The notes beneath the pieces are model-generated. The model made no database searches and was not told where the DNA came from. It saw only the letters and a list, made by a program, of their open reading frames with translations. 64,000 bases of DNA from Minisyncoccota bacterium (GTDB taxonomy: Bacteria; Patescibacteriota; Minisyncoccia; Phycocordibacterales; GWA1-40-21). Shown in pieces: positions 1 to 12,594 of the stretch. A program made the translations under genes and the position numbers. Position 1 is the first letter of the stretch; the number at the start of each line of letters is the position of its first letter. The DNA lies in assembly GCA_041674925.1 (NCBI GenBank), contig JBAYUW010000001.1, positions 5,967 to 69,966 on the forward strand, written 5' to 3'.

Positions 1-312
1 AAACAAACTAATTTTGTCTTTATAATAAGGAAAGCTGATTCAGAGATTATTGGCGCGATTGATATTAAAAGTCCAAACACAGAGAGGGCTGAAATAGGTT
101 ATTGGTCAGATGAAAACTATAGCGGTTTTATGACAAATACGGTAAATGAACTATTATCACTGGCTAAAGAAGGAGGTTTTAAAAAACTCTTTGCCGGTGT
201 TTTGGCTAGGAATAGTAAGTCAGTTGGTGTCCTTGAGCGTTCAGGCTTTATTAAAACTAAAGAAGATATTAAAGATGACGAGGCTCATTTTGAGTATGAA
301 AAGCCACTGTAG
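1..312 (+). CDS. GNAT family N-acetyltransferase (RimJ/RimL-like), 5' end outside window
   Basis: Frame 1 is open from nt 1. The translation ...IGAIDIKSPNTERAEIGYWSDENYSGFMTNTVNELLSLAKEGGFKKLFAGVLARNSKSVGVLERSGF is a typical GNAT core. Stop TAG 310-312. Confidence 0.7.
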   Translation, partial: KQTNFVFIIRKADSEIIGAIDIKSPNTERAEIGYWSDENYSGFMTNTVNELLSLAKEGGFKKLFAGVLARNSKSVGVLERSGFIKTKEDIKDDEAHFEYEKPL

Positions 313-377
313 TGGTTTATAAAATTAGTAATATGAATAATCCTAAAAGCGGAAAAGAGTCAGTGGAGGATATCAGT

Positions 378-833
378 ATGGAGACTGTCTTTAAATGTGT
401 TATAGAGGTATCAGGAAAAACCCTAAAGGAGATGGCGGAATCCTTAAGGATGTCCTGGGTTAATCCCCGAGTCACTGACGTATTCTATCCTTTCAGGGAT
501 ACATTCTCTGGAAAGTGGAAGGTTGAGGTGCAGAAACTTCGAAAAAAGGAGAAATTCGAGGAGATCGTGCGGGTGACCAGAGAAGATGGTTGGCAACCAG
601 CGACCATTTATCATCTTCTAACACTTCTTGACTCACAAGAAGGCAAACACTTGTCTGGCGCATTTATGGCGCCAGGATCCCTGTGTATAGATGATTTTGA
701 ATACCCAGGGTGTGTTGTGTTAAGTATAGCAGGAGAGGACAGAAAGATCGGCCTTGGTAATTGGAGAGGTTCCAAGATCTGTGGTTATAGTGTCGTAAGG
801 GTGAAGAGAGAACAGGATATACCAATCCCCTAG
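378..833 (+). CDS. hypothetical protein, GC-rich ORFan (cassette A)
   Basis: The ORF is open from 312. I prefer ATG 378 because GGAGG at 365-369 sits 8 nt upstream. The body is visibly GC-richer than its flanks (30/60 G+C at 541-600). No recognisable motif. Confidence 0.55.
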   Translation: METVFKCVIEVSGKTLKEMAESLRMSWVNPRVTDVFYPFRDTFSGKWKVEVQKLRKKEKFEEIVRVTREDGWQPATIYHLLTLLDSQEGKHLSGAFMAPGSLCIDDFEYPGCVVLSIAGEDRKIGLGNWRGSKICGYSVVRVKREQDIPIP

Positions 834-959
834 TGAAGCTAGAATTCGGGACTTTACAAAAACCAAAAACAACTTATACTGTAGAGTAGTTTTTTTAGTA
901 GTTCTGCTGATTCTCAATGATAATAGAGACGCTCTAGTATTGCACTATATTGCTCTAAA

Positions 960-1925
960 ATGGAAACAACTAACAAAAAACCAAACGAAATGATTGAAAC
1001 GCTGGAGTATTCATTCCATATTGAATCCATTTTTGGTTTGTGCGGACCGTTATCACTTTCAAAAATTCACGATGGCCCAGATAATAATGTTTATCTGGTT
1101 GTTGATAATAAAGGGGAAAAGTATGCGCTGCGTGAGAGTAAAAGACCCGAAAAAGATATATCATTCGAAATTGAGGTTCTTGCCAATCTAGCTAGATTAG
1201 GTTTTTCTGTACCAAATCCTATCAAGGTTATTGAAGAAAATGGTGTTCAATTTGTACTTTTTAATTATATATCAGGAGACCAAATCAGGAATCTTAATGA
1301 AGAGAATATTAATACTAATGTTTTAGAACTGGGAGCGAGAAAATTTGGAGAATTACATAGTCATACAAATAATATGAGGGTTGAGGCTATATCGAATAGA
1401 ACAATATTTACTGAGTTCGATCGTTTACTTAGACTCAGTGTTGGCGCCTTAAGGCAATATGAGGGTTATGAGATTTTTTTGGAACAAGTGCGGAAATACT
1501 ATGATGAGGCTAAGTTACGAATTAAAGACGAGAACGAACTTTGTGGTGTCATTCACAATGATTATCGAGTACAAAATTTAATTTATGCTAAAGATGATTG
1601 TTTTATCATCGACTTCGATTGGGCTACCTACGGACCTTTATTAAAGGACCTAGGCTTGGCGGTTGCTGTCTGGTCTTCATATACCAAAGATGGTCTTCCG
1701 TCAAAATTACTTATTGATAGGTTTCTAGCAAGCTATAATCAAACTGCACCGCGAGCAATTGTATATGACGAGGACCTTATCTTTTGGATATGTTTTGCCT
1801 GTCTATCTGATGCCTGTACATTTTTTGCAGATCTAAATGGGGGTCAGCATCCAGATAAAGTTATTACGAACGTTGAGCAATGTTATATGTATCAGAAGTA
1901 TAAATTTTTTGCGCCATCAAAATAA
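960..1925 (+). CDS. phosphotransferase-family kinase (APH / homoserine-kinase-II / choline-kinase fold)
   Basis: Brenner motif HNDYRVQNLIY (HxDxxxxN) followed by IIDFDWATYG (DFD). An N-terminal nucleotide-binding lobe with YALRE lysine-type strand. Confidence 0.75.
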   Translation: METTNKKPNEMIETLEYSFHIESIFGLCGPLSLSKIHDGPDNNVYLVVDNKGEKYALRESKRPEKDISFEIEVLANLARLGFSVPNPIKVIEENGVQFVLFNYISGDQIRNLNEENINTNVLELGARKFGELHSHTNNMRVEAISNRTIFTEFDRLLRLSVGALRQYEGYEIFLEQVRKYYDEAKLRIKDENELCGVIHNDYRVQNLIYAKDDCFIIDFDWATYGPLLKDLGLAVAVWSSYTKDGLPSKLLIDRFLASYNQTAPRAIVYDEDLIFWICFACLSDACTFFADLNGGQHPDKVITNVEQCYMYQKYKFFAPSK

Positions 1926-1935
1926 ATATAATTTA

Positions 1936-3033
1936 ATGAAAATTCCACTATATAAGCCATATATAGATAGAAAGACACAGAGTGCTGTTCTAAGGGTCCT
2001 AACCTCAGGGAAATTAAGCCGTGGACCAGAAGTTGAGAGATTTGAGAAAGAATTTGCAAAATATACTAACAAGAAATACGCCGTTGCTGTGAATAGTGGA
2101 ACGAGTGGTCTACACATGCTTGTTCGTGCGATGGGCTGGAAAAGTGGTGACGAAGTTATAACAACACCATTTAGTTATATTGCGTCATCAAATGCTCTGC
2201 TGTTTGAGGGGGTTAGACCAATCTTTGTGGATATTGATATAAAGACATTAAATATTGATCCACAAAAAATAGAGGAGAAAATCAATAAAAATACAAAAGG
2301 AATGCTACTCGTTGATATACTGGGATTACCTGTCGACCACAAGGCTATAAAAAAAATATGCGACAAATATAGGTTAAGAGTAATCGAAGATGCCTGTGAA
2401 GCGATTGGTAGGCCTAGTGAGGACTTTACTGTTAATAAACTGGGCGACGCTACTGTTTACGGTTTTCACGAGAATAAACAATTGACGACCGCTGGTGAGG
2501 GAGGAATGATTGTGACTGACAATATTGAGATTGCAAAAAGGTGTTGGGCCATGCGAGACCAGGGACGCTCTCTAAAAAAAGATTGGATAAACAGTGTCAC
2601 TCTGGGTTTTAATTTCAGAATGACTGAGGTTCAGTCTGCTTTCGGTCGAGAACAATTACGAGTTATGGATAAAGTTCTCGAAAAAAGAAGACTGCTAGCG
2701 CAGATATACACCGCTCTTTTTAATAATGTTAAAGGGGTTGTTCTCCCAATTCAAAAATCATTTAATAGCAGAAGCTGGTTCTTGTACTTCATAGTCCTCG
2801 AAAGCTCAGTGATAAGAGACAGGGTCTATAAAACATTACTAGCTAACGATATTTCTTCAAGTAAGAATTATTTTCCGCCTATTTATGATTTTCCAATGTA
2901 CCATGGTTTTAAAAAGAATTGTCCAAATACTGAGGCTATATCGCAGACACTTCTTGCTCTACCGATGTTTTATGAAATGAACATCACTCAAGTAAAAAAA
3001 GTTGTCGATGTCGTAAGGAGAACTTTAATGTAA
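1936..3033 (+). CDS. DegT/DnrJ/EryC1/StrS-family PLP aminotransferase (sugar aminotransferase)
   Basis: MKIPLYKPYI..., AVNSGTSGLHM, DATVYGFHENKQLTTAGEGGMIVTD (PLP-lysine region) and NFRMTEVQSAFG are all hallmark segments of the family. The ORF is open from 1837 but ATG 1936 fits the family N-terminus. Confidence 0.85.
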   Translation: MKIPLYKPYIDRKTQSAVLRVLTSGKLSRGPEVERFEKEFAKYTNKKYAVAVNSGTSGLHMLVRAMGWKSGDEVITTPFSYIASSNALLFEGVRPIFVDIDIKTLNIDPQKIEEKINKNTKGMLLVDILGLPVDHKAIKKICDKYRLRVIEDACEAIGRPSEDFTVNKLGDATVYGFHENKQLTTAGEGGMIVTDNIEIAKRCWAMRDQGRSLKKDWINSVTLGFNFRMTEVQSAFGREQLRVMDKVLEKRRLLAQIYTALFNNVKGVVLPIQKSFNSRSWFLYFIVLESSVIRDRVYKTLLANDISSSKNYFPPIYDFPMYHGFKKNCPNTEAISQTLLALPMFYEMNITQVKKVVDVVRRTLM

Positions 3034-3037
3034 AAAT

Positions 3038-3754
3038 ATGATGCTGCCTTCAAAGACATTCTACACATTATTTGCTGGTTCATATACGGAATATAGTCAC
3101 AACAAGGCTGAATATCTTTCAGCTGTCAATCGATTTATTAAAAACGAATCTGTTTCACCAAAGTCTATGATTGACGTGGGGGCCGGGGACGGTAAAAGGG
3201 GTAAATATATCGCTGGTGTTTTGAGTCTGGAGGGATTTACCATTTTAGATAATAGTGATGGTATGATTGCTCTTGCCCGTGAAATACCTGGTGCAAGAAT
3301 TATTCAAGCTGATATTTCACAGCCCGAGTTTGATATTAAACAGAGTTACGATTTAGTGTTGTCTTTATGGAATGTCCTCGGACATATATTACCGGCCAAT
3401 AGAAAAACAACCCTAATGAATTTGGCGAGTCTGGTTAGTCCGGGTGGTTCGATAATCATTGATGTTAATAACCGCTATAACGTGAGTCATTACGGTGTAT
3501 GGTCGGTCGTTAAAAATATTTTGAGGGATGTATTTATGTCAAATAAATCTAATGGGGATTTCAAACTAAAAATTAAAACTGACAAAGGGGAGATTGAGAC
3601 AATAGTTCACATATTTAACCCGCTTGAAATCGAGAAGCTGATTAAAACAGCAGGCCTAGTGGTCGAAAAAAGAAAAATAATAAATTACGACAACGGCAAG
3701 GATTGCAAGTCATTTTTTGGCGGACAACTAGTGTATAAACTTAAAAAGATATGA
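3038..3754 (+). CDS. class I SAM-dependent methyltransferase
   Basis: Motif I MIDVGAGDGKRG, post-I acidic ILDNSDGM, motif II-like DLVLSLWNVLGH. Confidence 0.75.
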   Translation: MMLPSKTFYTLFAGSYTEYSHNKAEYLSAVNRFIKNESVSPKSMIDVGAGDGKRGKYIAGVLSLEGFTILDNSDGMIALAREIPGARIIQADISQPEFDIKQSYDLVLSLWNVLGHILPANRKTTLMNLASLVSPGGSIIIDVNNRYNVSHYGVWSVVKNILRDVFMSNKSNGDFKLKIKTDKGEIETIVHIFNPLEIEKLIKTAGLVVEKRKIINYDNGKDCKSFFGGQLVYKLKKI

Positions 3755-4803
3755 AACATAGAGAAAAACAGACAATTAGTTCAATGGTTATCAGTACCTC
3801 AAACGATTATTCAAGGGTAGAAGGGGATTTTATAAAAAAAACCGGTCTAAATCTTATTAAACTAGATCGCAGAGCCATTAAGTTCGCAAAGGACCCAATT
3901 TCAATAGTCATCCCGACTTATATTGGTGAAAGATTAGATATTATTTTACAAAATTTGAACAATCAAGTCTATAAAAATTTTGAGGTTATAATTGTTGACG
4001 ATGCTTCTCCAAACGATGTTACAACGAAATTTAAGAATTCTATTTTTAGTTTTCCGATAAAATATATAAGAGTCCTAAAGAATCAAGGTGCTTCGACGGC
4101 GACAAACATTGGGGTAGATCTTTCTAACTCAAATATAATCATTCTCATGGAACAAGATATGATTCCACCGATAGACCTTACGGCTAAGATGGCCGTAAGG
4201 CAACAGTTTACGACAAAATCGGTATTTGTCGGATTTAGGGAAACAATTAGATACGAAGATTATGTCCGTAGACACAAACCGGCCAGCATGTCGGGGGATT
4301 GGCGTTACAAAATTAAAGATGACGGTAGTTTCCTAGATCTTACAATCAAACAGACATTTAAAAGTATTATAAAAGGTAAGATTAACCTGTTGAAAAAGTC
4401 TGACTATTTTAAGAAATTTGGTATGGGGGAGACAATCAGCCACTGGGATTTGGCTAGTATGGTTATTGGTCATAGCTTATGTTTTAAAAAAGACGATATA
4501 GTCGAAGCTGGCGGTTTTATCGAAAGATTCTTTTATGGTTGGGGCATGGATGATATTGCTCTTGGTGCAAGTATGATTGCAAATAAGAATTTCATAATTC
4601 CCGCGGTTGACTGGGTTTCTTATCATATTGAGCATGATAGATATTCCGGTTCGCGCGCCATCGAAATGGCTGAGCTTAAAAAAAATCTTGATCTCTATCT
4701 AAATAAGTATATAGCCTATTCAAATAATAAATTGAAATTTAGACATCACAAAATTAAAAAGATAAAGTCCGTAAATAATATTACATATTATGAAAGTTAC
4801 TAA
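3751..4803 (+). CDS. glycosyltransferase family 2
   Basis: ISIVIPTY...FEVIIVDDASPND is a GT-A N-terminal signature, with a later acidic EQD motif. The start overlaps the upstream stop (ATGA). Confidence 0.75.
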   Translation: MKHREKQTISSMVISTSNDYSRVEGDFIKKTGLNLIKLDRRAIKFAKDPISIVIPTYIGERLDIILQNLNNQVYKNFEVIIVDDASPNDVTTKFKNSIFSFPIKYIRVLKNQGASTATNIGVDLSNSNIIILMEQDMIPPIDLTAKMAVRQQFTTKSVFVGFRETIRYEDYVRRHKPASMSGDWRYKIKDDGSFLDLTIKQTFKSIIKGKINLLKKSDYFKKFGMGETISHWDLASMVIGHSLCFKKDDIVEAGGFIERFFYGWGMDDIALGASMIANKNFIIPAVDWVSYHIEHDRYSGSRAIEMAELKKNLDLYLNKYIAYSNNKLKFRHHKIKKIKSVNNITYYESY

Positions 4804-5674
4804 AACAAAAAATGATAGAATGATTTTGTATAATTATTTAACTGTGGCAAAAAAAGTCGCTAAGCTCTTTTCTGACTTACAAAATGTAGTTGCGGTCGTT
4901 ATTGGTGGTTCATTAGCTAGAGGTTTTTATGATAATTATTCAGATATTGAAATGTACGTCTATTATGATCAAAAGATACCCACAAAAGCAGAGATTAGCG
5001 ATATTCTTAAAAAACTTAATTCTAAATTAAATAGATCAAAAAAGATCTTCTGGTTTCATAAAGCCTGGGGACACCATACATTTTTTATGGTCGATGGCAT
5101 TAAGATAGAATTGGGATATAGAGAAATCGGAGAAACACAAGCTAGGATGGAGTCGTTTTTAAATGAGTTTTCTTTACCTAAACACGGTATACACGATACT
5201 CCTTTTGGACACTACGAAAGTGGTGTTGCGAATTGCATCTTGGAATGCATTCCGTTATATACGAAAGGTGATTGGATTAGTAAAATTAGAGAAAAAATCA
5301 GAATATACCCAATAAAATTAAAAAAGGACAATCTGAGATACTATTATCAGGATGCTAAAACGATTACAAAAATAAAAATTAAAAATGCAATCCATCGAAA
5401 CGATACACTTCTTTTCAATGCTTGTCTGGCGAAAGTAATTAGATCCATGAATCTGTGCCTATTTGCACTAAATGATGTTTATTACCCTGGAGATAAATGG
5501 AACCATAAGTACATCTCTAAATTCGCAGCAATACCGACAGACTACCTTATAAAGATTGATTCCATTTTGGCTATGGATTGTACTTTATTAAAAAATAAGA
5601 AGGTCATCTATAACAATCTAAATATGATCATATCTTCTATACACGACTTGATACAAGCGACAATAGAAGCTTAA
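4790..5674 (+). CDS. Pol-beta-superfamily nucleotidyltransferase domain protein
   Basis: VVIGGSLARGFYDNYSDIEMYVYY matches the G[SG]x9-13[DE]x[DE] minimal NTase motif. The C-terminal part is helical. Overlaps the upstream gene by 14 nt. Confidence 0.65.
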   Translation: MKVTKTKNDRMILYNYLTVAKKVAKLFSDLQNVVAVVIGGSLARGFYDNYSDIEMYVYYDQKIPTKAEISDILKKLNSKLNRSKKIFWFHKAWGHHTFFMVDGIKIELGYREIGETQARMESFLNEFSLPKHGIHDTPFGHYESGVANCILECIPLYTKGDWISKIREKIRIYPIKLKKDNLRYYYQDAKTITKIKIKNAIHRNDTLLFNACLAKVIRSMNLCLFALNDVYYPGDKWNHKYISKFAAIPTDYLIKIDSILAMDCTLLKNKKVIYNNLNMIISSIHDLIQATIEA

Positions 5675-5810
5675 GGGACTGGAGCTGATTTCGAGTTTAC
5701 TATTATACTTTTAATCAACCAGGGTCTAACGTTGACAATAATCTGTATTTCAATTAATATAGAAGTATCTTTTAACATGATTTATCAATACAGAATTCTA
5801 AAATAGTTAT

Positions 5811-8387
5811 ATGGAATCCATGGAAAATAGTAACAACATGCCTAGTCATTCAGAAAAACCAAAAGACCCTGAAAAGAAAGCTGAAGAAAAAGAGAGGTAT
5901 AATCCTTTTGACAAGGAAAAGTATTGGCAAGATTTTTGGGAAAGGGAAGGTGTATATCGATTTAATCCTGAACAACCAGGGCCGCTTTATACAATAGATA
6001 CTCCACCACCGACTATTTCTGGGGCGCTCCATCTAGGGCATATTTTCTCTTATACTCAAGCGGAGGTTATTACTCGATTTAAAAGAATGCAAGGAGCCAA
6101 TGTTCGTTATTCGTTCGGCCTCGATAATAATGGTTTACCGACAGAACGATTAGTGGAAAAAGAAACAGGGGTCAGAGGCGGAACTGTAAGTTTGGAGGAT
6201 TTTACCAAGACTTGCGTTGAGATTACTGATCGTTATAAACATCTTTACGAAAATTTATGGAAGTCTATCGGTTTAAGTGTTGATTGGAGACTGGAATATT
6301 CAACAATCTCTCCGGAAGTTCAGAAAATATCTCAATCCACTTTTAAGGAATTATATGAAAAAGGGGTGATTTATACAAAAAATGCTCCAGCCCTTTATTG
6401 TACCGAGTGCCACACCTCTTTTGCTCAAGCGGAGAAAGAGGATAAGGAGAAAGAGTCAGTTTTTTACGATCTATCATTTAAAATGGAGGACGGACAGGAA
6501 TTAGTTATCGCGACAACTCGTCCAGAATTGTTGCCTGCCTGTAGCGCTGTATTTGTGCATCCAGACGATCAAAGGTTCAAAGATTTGGTAGGTAAAAAAG
6601 TGACTACACCTTTAGGTCAAGAAGTTGAAATTATGACTGATGAAAAAGTTGATAAGGAAAAAGGAACCGGCGCTGTAATGTGCTGTACTTATGGAGATGA
6701 AACCGATATTTATTGGGCAAAAAAATATAATCTTACCGAAAGAGTTGTTTTAAACCGTGACGGTAGATTTTCCGGAGTTGCTGAAATACCAGAATTAGAT
6801 GGTAAATCAATCAAGGAAGGAAGAAAAATTATTGTCGAAAAATTAAAGGCTGATGGATTAGTGAGAAAAGAGCAACCCATTACGCATAATGTTGACGTTC
6901 ACGAAAGATGTGGCACGCCAGTCGAATTTCTACCTACCACTCAGTGGTTTATGAAAATACTCGATATGAAAGATCGAATGCTCGAGGCAGGGAATCAAAT
7001 AAAATGGCATCCGCCGTATATGCAGAAAAGATATGAAGAATGGATAACTGGTCTTAAATGGGATTGGTGTATTTCAAGAGAAAGATTTTACGGAATACCA
7101 ATACCAGTATTTACTTGTGATAATTGCGGGAAGGTTGAAATTCCGGAAAAAGATAAGTTACCTGTTGATCCAAAAGCGGAAGAAATTCACGATTGCACGG
7201 ATTGTGGTAAAGGAAAAATGATTCCAGAAAGGAGTGTCTTAGATACTTGGTTTACTTCAGCTTTGTCACCGGAGGTGAATAATAGCCATCCTCTAAACGG
7301 CAATCTTAATGGCAAGTTATACCCAATGTCTATGAGGCCCCAAGCTCATGATATTATCAGAACCTGGGCCGTGTACTCCATTCTTATGGGATTATATAAT
7401 CACAATGAAGTTCCATGGAAGGATTTGATGATCTCTGGCCATATTTTAGTTCAAAAGGGCGAGAAAATAAGTAAGAAAACCGGTGGGGGAAAGTATAAAC
7501 CAGAGGAACTGATTGCCACACAATCGGCAGATGCCGTTAGATATGCCATGAGTGGGACATCTCTCGGTAAAGACTCATACTTTGACGAAAAAGAGGTTCA
7601 GAAAGGTAAGAAATTATTTAACAAACTTTATAATGCCGGTAAATTGGTATTGAGTAAATTAGATGACTTTGATCCAAAAGTGGAAGTCAAAAATGAAGAC
7701 CTTGAAGCGATTGATAGATGGATTCTCGATAGATCGACCGAAACAGCTGATAGAATGGCAGAGGCGTTTGCCGATTATGAGTTTGCCCAGGCGCGCCAGA
7801 TATTCGAAGACTTTTTCTGGAGCGATTTTTGTGATAACTACTTAGAAATAGTTAAAAAAAGATTAGCAATTGAGTCGGATGGAGATAAAAGTAAATTGTC
7901 TGCACAGTTCGCTTCTTACAATTGTTTCCTCAATGTTATCAAAATGGCTTCGCCGTTTGTTCCACATATAACAGAAGAAATGTTCCATGCTCAAATTACG
8001 AAGGTTGGGACTGGTGAAGATATAAGGTTATCTGTTAAATCAGAGAGTGATAGTGGTTATTTCTCAACTAATGAAGGTGCCAAGAGTGTACATAATACCA
8101 AGTGGCCGTCATCAGATGTTGAATATTCAGATGGTCAAAATAACGAAGCAGCTAAATTGGCTCTGACGGTTATAGCTGAAATTAGAAAATACAAAACTGA
8201 TAAAAAAATAAAATTTAACACCCCAGTATTAGTATTAAAAATAATATGTTCTCAAGAACAAAAAGACAAATTACAGGGTTTTGCGGAGGATTTAGCTTCT
8301 GTATCAAAGGCCGAAAGATGTGAAATTATAGCAACAGAAGGCACTGGTCCGGTTGTTGAAATGGAGATTGCGAGCAACGAGCCTTAA
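5811..8387 (+). CDS. valS: valine--tRNA ligase (type-2/archaeal-actinobacterial-like class Ia aaRS)
   Basis: IDTPPPTISGALHLGHIFSYTQAEVITRFKRMQG...GLDNNGLPTE (HIGH region of type-2 ValRS), editing domain, WCISRERFYGIPIP, and a KMSKS-like KISKKTG. Confidence 0.8.
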   Translation: MESMENSNNMPSHSEKPKDPEKKAEEKERYNPFDKEKYWQDFWEREGVYRFNPEQPGPLYTIDTPPPTISGALHLGHIFSYTQAEVITRFKRMQGANVRYSFGLDNNGLPTERLVEKETGVRGGTVSLEDFTKTCVEITDRYKHLYENLWKSIGLSVDWRLEYSTISPEVQKISQSTFKELYEKGVIYTKNAPALYCTECHTSFAQAEKEDKEKESVFYDLSFKMEDGQELVIATTRPELLPACSAVFVHPDDQRFKDLVGKKVTTPLGQEVEIMTDEKVDKEKGTGAVMCCTYGDETDIYWAKKYNLTERVVLNRDGRFSGVAEIPELDGKSIKEGRKIIVEKLKADGLVRKEQPITHNVDVHERCGTPVEFLPTTQWFMKILDMKDRMLEAGNQIKWHPPYMQKRYEEWITGLKWDWCISRERFYGIPIPVFTCDNCGKVEIPEKDKLPVDPKAEEIHDCTDCGKGKMIPERSVLDTWFTSALSPEVNNSHPLNGNLNGKLYPMSMRPQAHDIIRTWAVYSILMGLYNHNEVPWKDLMISGHILVQKGEKISKKTGGGKYKPEELIATQSADAVRYAMSGTSLGKDSYFDEKEVQKGKKLFNKLYNAGKLVLSKLDDFDPKVEVKNEDLEAIDRWILDRSTETADRMAEAFADYEFAQARQIFEDFFWSDFCDNYLEIVKKRLAIESDGDKSKLSAQFASYNCFLNVIKMASPFVPHITEEMFHAQITKVGTGEDIRLSVKSESDSGYFSTNEGAKSVHNTKWPSSDVEYSDGQNNEAAKLALTVIAEIRKYKTDKKIKFNTPVLVLKIICSQEQKDKLQGFAEDLASVSKAERCEIIATEGTGPVVEMEIASNEP

Positions 8388-8418
8388 AGGTTTTTTGCTG
8401 TAATACAATAAATGATAA

Positions 8419-11209
<2,791 letters not shown>

Positions 11210-11263
11210 CTTTTTAGTCTTTTTGTGGTATATTGGAAGTATTAAAAATAATTTATTATTACT

Positions 11264-11701
11264 ATGTTTAAGGCTATAACTAGATTTTTTGACAAATTAG
11301 AAGATAAAGTCCGGGTGAGTTTAAGTCATCGTTCCGTCATCTATGCTTTTATTGGCGGAACGGCTCATGTTATCTTTTGGCGTGGAATTTGGCATACCAG
11401 TGACTTTATTATGAGTGGAAATTGGCATTTGGATGAGACGCGGGATTTCTGGGGTTGGTTGTTTTATGAACCGATTACTCTTATCTGGACTTCGGCTATT
11501 TTACTTTTGACCGGACTGTTTGTGGCAACCTTTATTGGTGAACGAGTGATTATGTCTGGTTTGAAGCATGAAAAAAAGGTAACTGATCGAACAGAGGAAG
11601 AGGTGAAGAAGGAAGAGGATAAAATTGTTGTTATAAATAATAAAATCAATGCCATTACGAATGATTTGGCCGAAATTAAAGATGCGCTTTCTAAGAAGTA
11701 A
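11264..11701 (+). CDS. hypothetical membrane protein with C-terminal charged coiled-coil tail
   Basis: Two or three hydrophobic helices (VIYAFIGGTAHVIFW, ITLIWTSAILLLTGLFVATFI) followed by EEEVKKEEDK. Confidence 0.5.
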   Translation: MFKAITRFFDKLEDKVRVSLSHRSVIYAFIGGTAHVIFWRGIWHTSDFIMSGNWHLDETRDFWGWLFYEPITLIWTSAILLLTGLFVATFIGERVIMSGLKHEKKVTDRTEEEVKKEEDKIVVINNKINAITNDLAEIKDALSKK

Positions 11702-12593
11702 AAAAATTGTCGCTGTTCACTCGGGTAATTTTCACCCCGATGATGTTTTTGCTACGGCCGCATTATCAATTTTGTTAGATGGAAAAATCGAGATCCTTCG
11801 AACTAGAGATGAGGGTGAGCTGGCCAAAGCGGATTATGTGGCAGATGTCGGTCATATTTATGATCCAGCGATCAATCGTTTTGATCATCACCAGGAGGGC
11901 GGCGCGGGTTTTCGAAACGAGCAGATAAGTTATTCTGCTTTTGGTTTGGTCTGGAAAACATACGGTGAGAAGATCTGTGGTTCTAAACAGATCGCCAAAA
12001 TGATAGATGAGAATTTGGTGGCGGCTATTGATGCTGATGATGACGGTCTTGACGTGTGTCAAAAATCTTTACCTGGAGTGAAACCTTTTATGTTGGTTGA
12101 CGTGATATATTCTATGCGCCCAACCTGGAAGGAAGATGGTCTAAATATTGATCAGGTCTTTCTCAAGGCGGTGGCTTTTGCTAGAGAGGTTCTTTTGCGA
12201 GAGATAAAAATCGCGAAAGATGAAATCGAGGCAGAAGGTCTGATGGCTGAAGTCTATAAAAAAGCTGAAGATAAGAGGATTATTATTCTTGACAGACAAT
12301 ATCTTCCATCAAAATTATTACAAAAATATTCAGAGCCACTTTTTACGATTTATGAGAATCGGGATAAAAAAATGTGGCGAGTGGGGACAATTGATAAAAG
12401 TGAGAATACCTATGTGCCAAGAAAGAATTTTCCAGAAAGCTGGTGGGGAAAGAAGGGGGAGGATTTTGCGAGGGTTTCTGGAGTAGAAGATGCGATATTT
12501 TGTCGAAATAAGGGCATTTTTCTGGGGGTAAAAACCAAAGAGGGGGCTTTAAAATTAGCGAATATCGCTTTGAATCAAAATAATAATAAATAA
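11682..12593 (+). CDS. MYG1/UPF0160 family metal-dependent hydrolase
   Basis: VAVHSGNFHPDDVFATAAL...DVGHIYDP..RFDHHQ is the MYG1 signature. The start is uncertain: ATGs at 11649, 11661 and 11682 are all in frame. Confidence 0.75.
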   Translation: MRFLRSKKIVAVHSGNFHPDDVFATAALSILLDGKIEILRTRDEGELAKADYVADVGHIYDPAINRFDHHQEGGAGFRNEQISYSAFGLVWKTYGEKICGSKQIAKMIDENLVAAIDADDDGLDVCQKSLPGVKPFMLVDVIYSMRPTWKEDGLNIDQVFLKAVAFAREVLLREIKIAKDEIEAEGLMAEVYKKAEDKRIIILDRQYLPSKLLQKYSEPLFTIYENRDKKMWRVGTIDKSENTYVPRKNFPESWWGKKGEDFARVSGVEDAIFCRNKGIFLGVKTKEGALKLANIALNQNNNK

Positions 12594-12594
12594 T

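Noticed and set aside
5675-5810. T-box or other riboswitch upstream of valS
   Set aside because: The 136-nt spacer is too short for a T-box. It lacks the specifier and T-box conserved sequences, and contains only an AT-rich promoter-like TTGACA...TAATAT.
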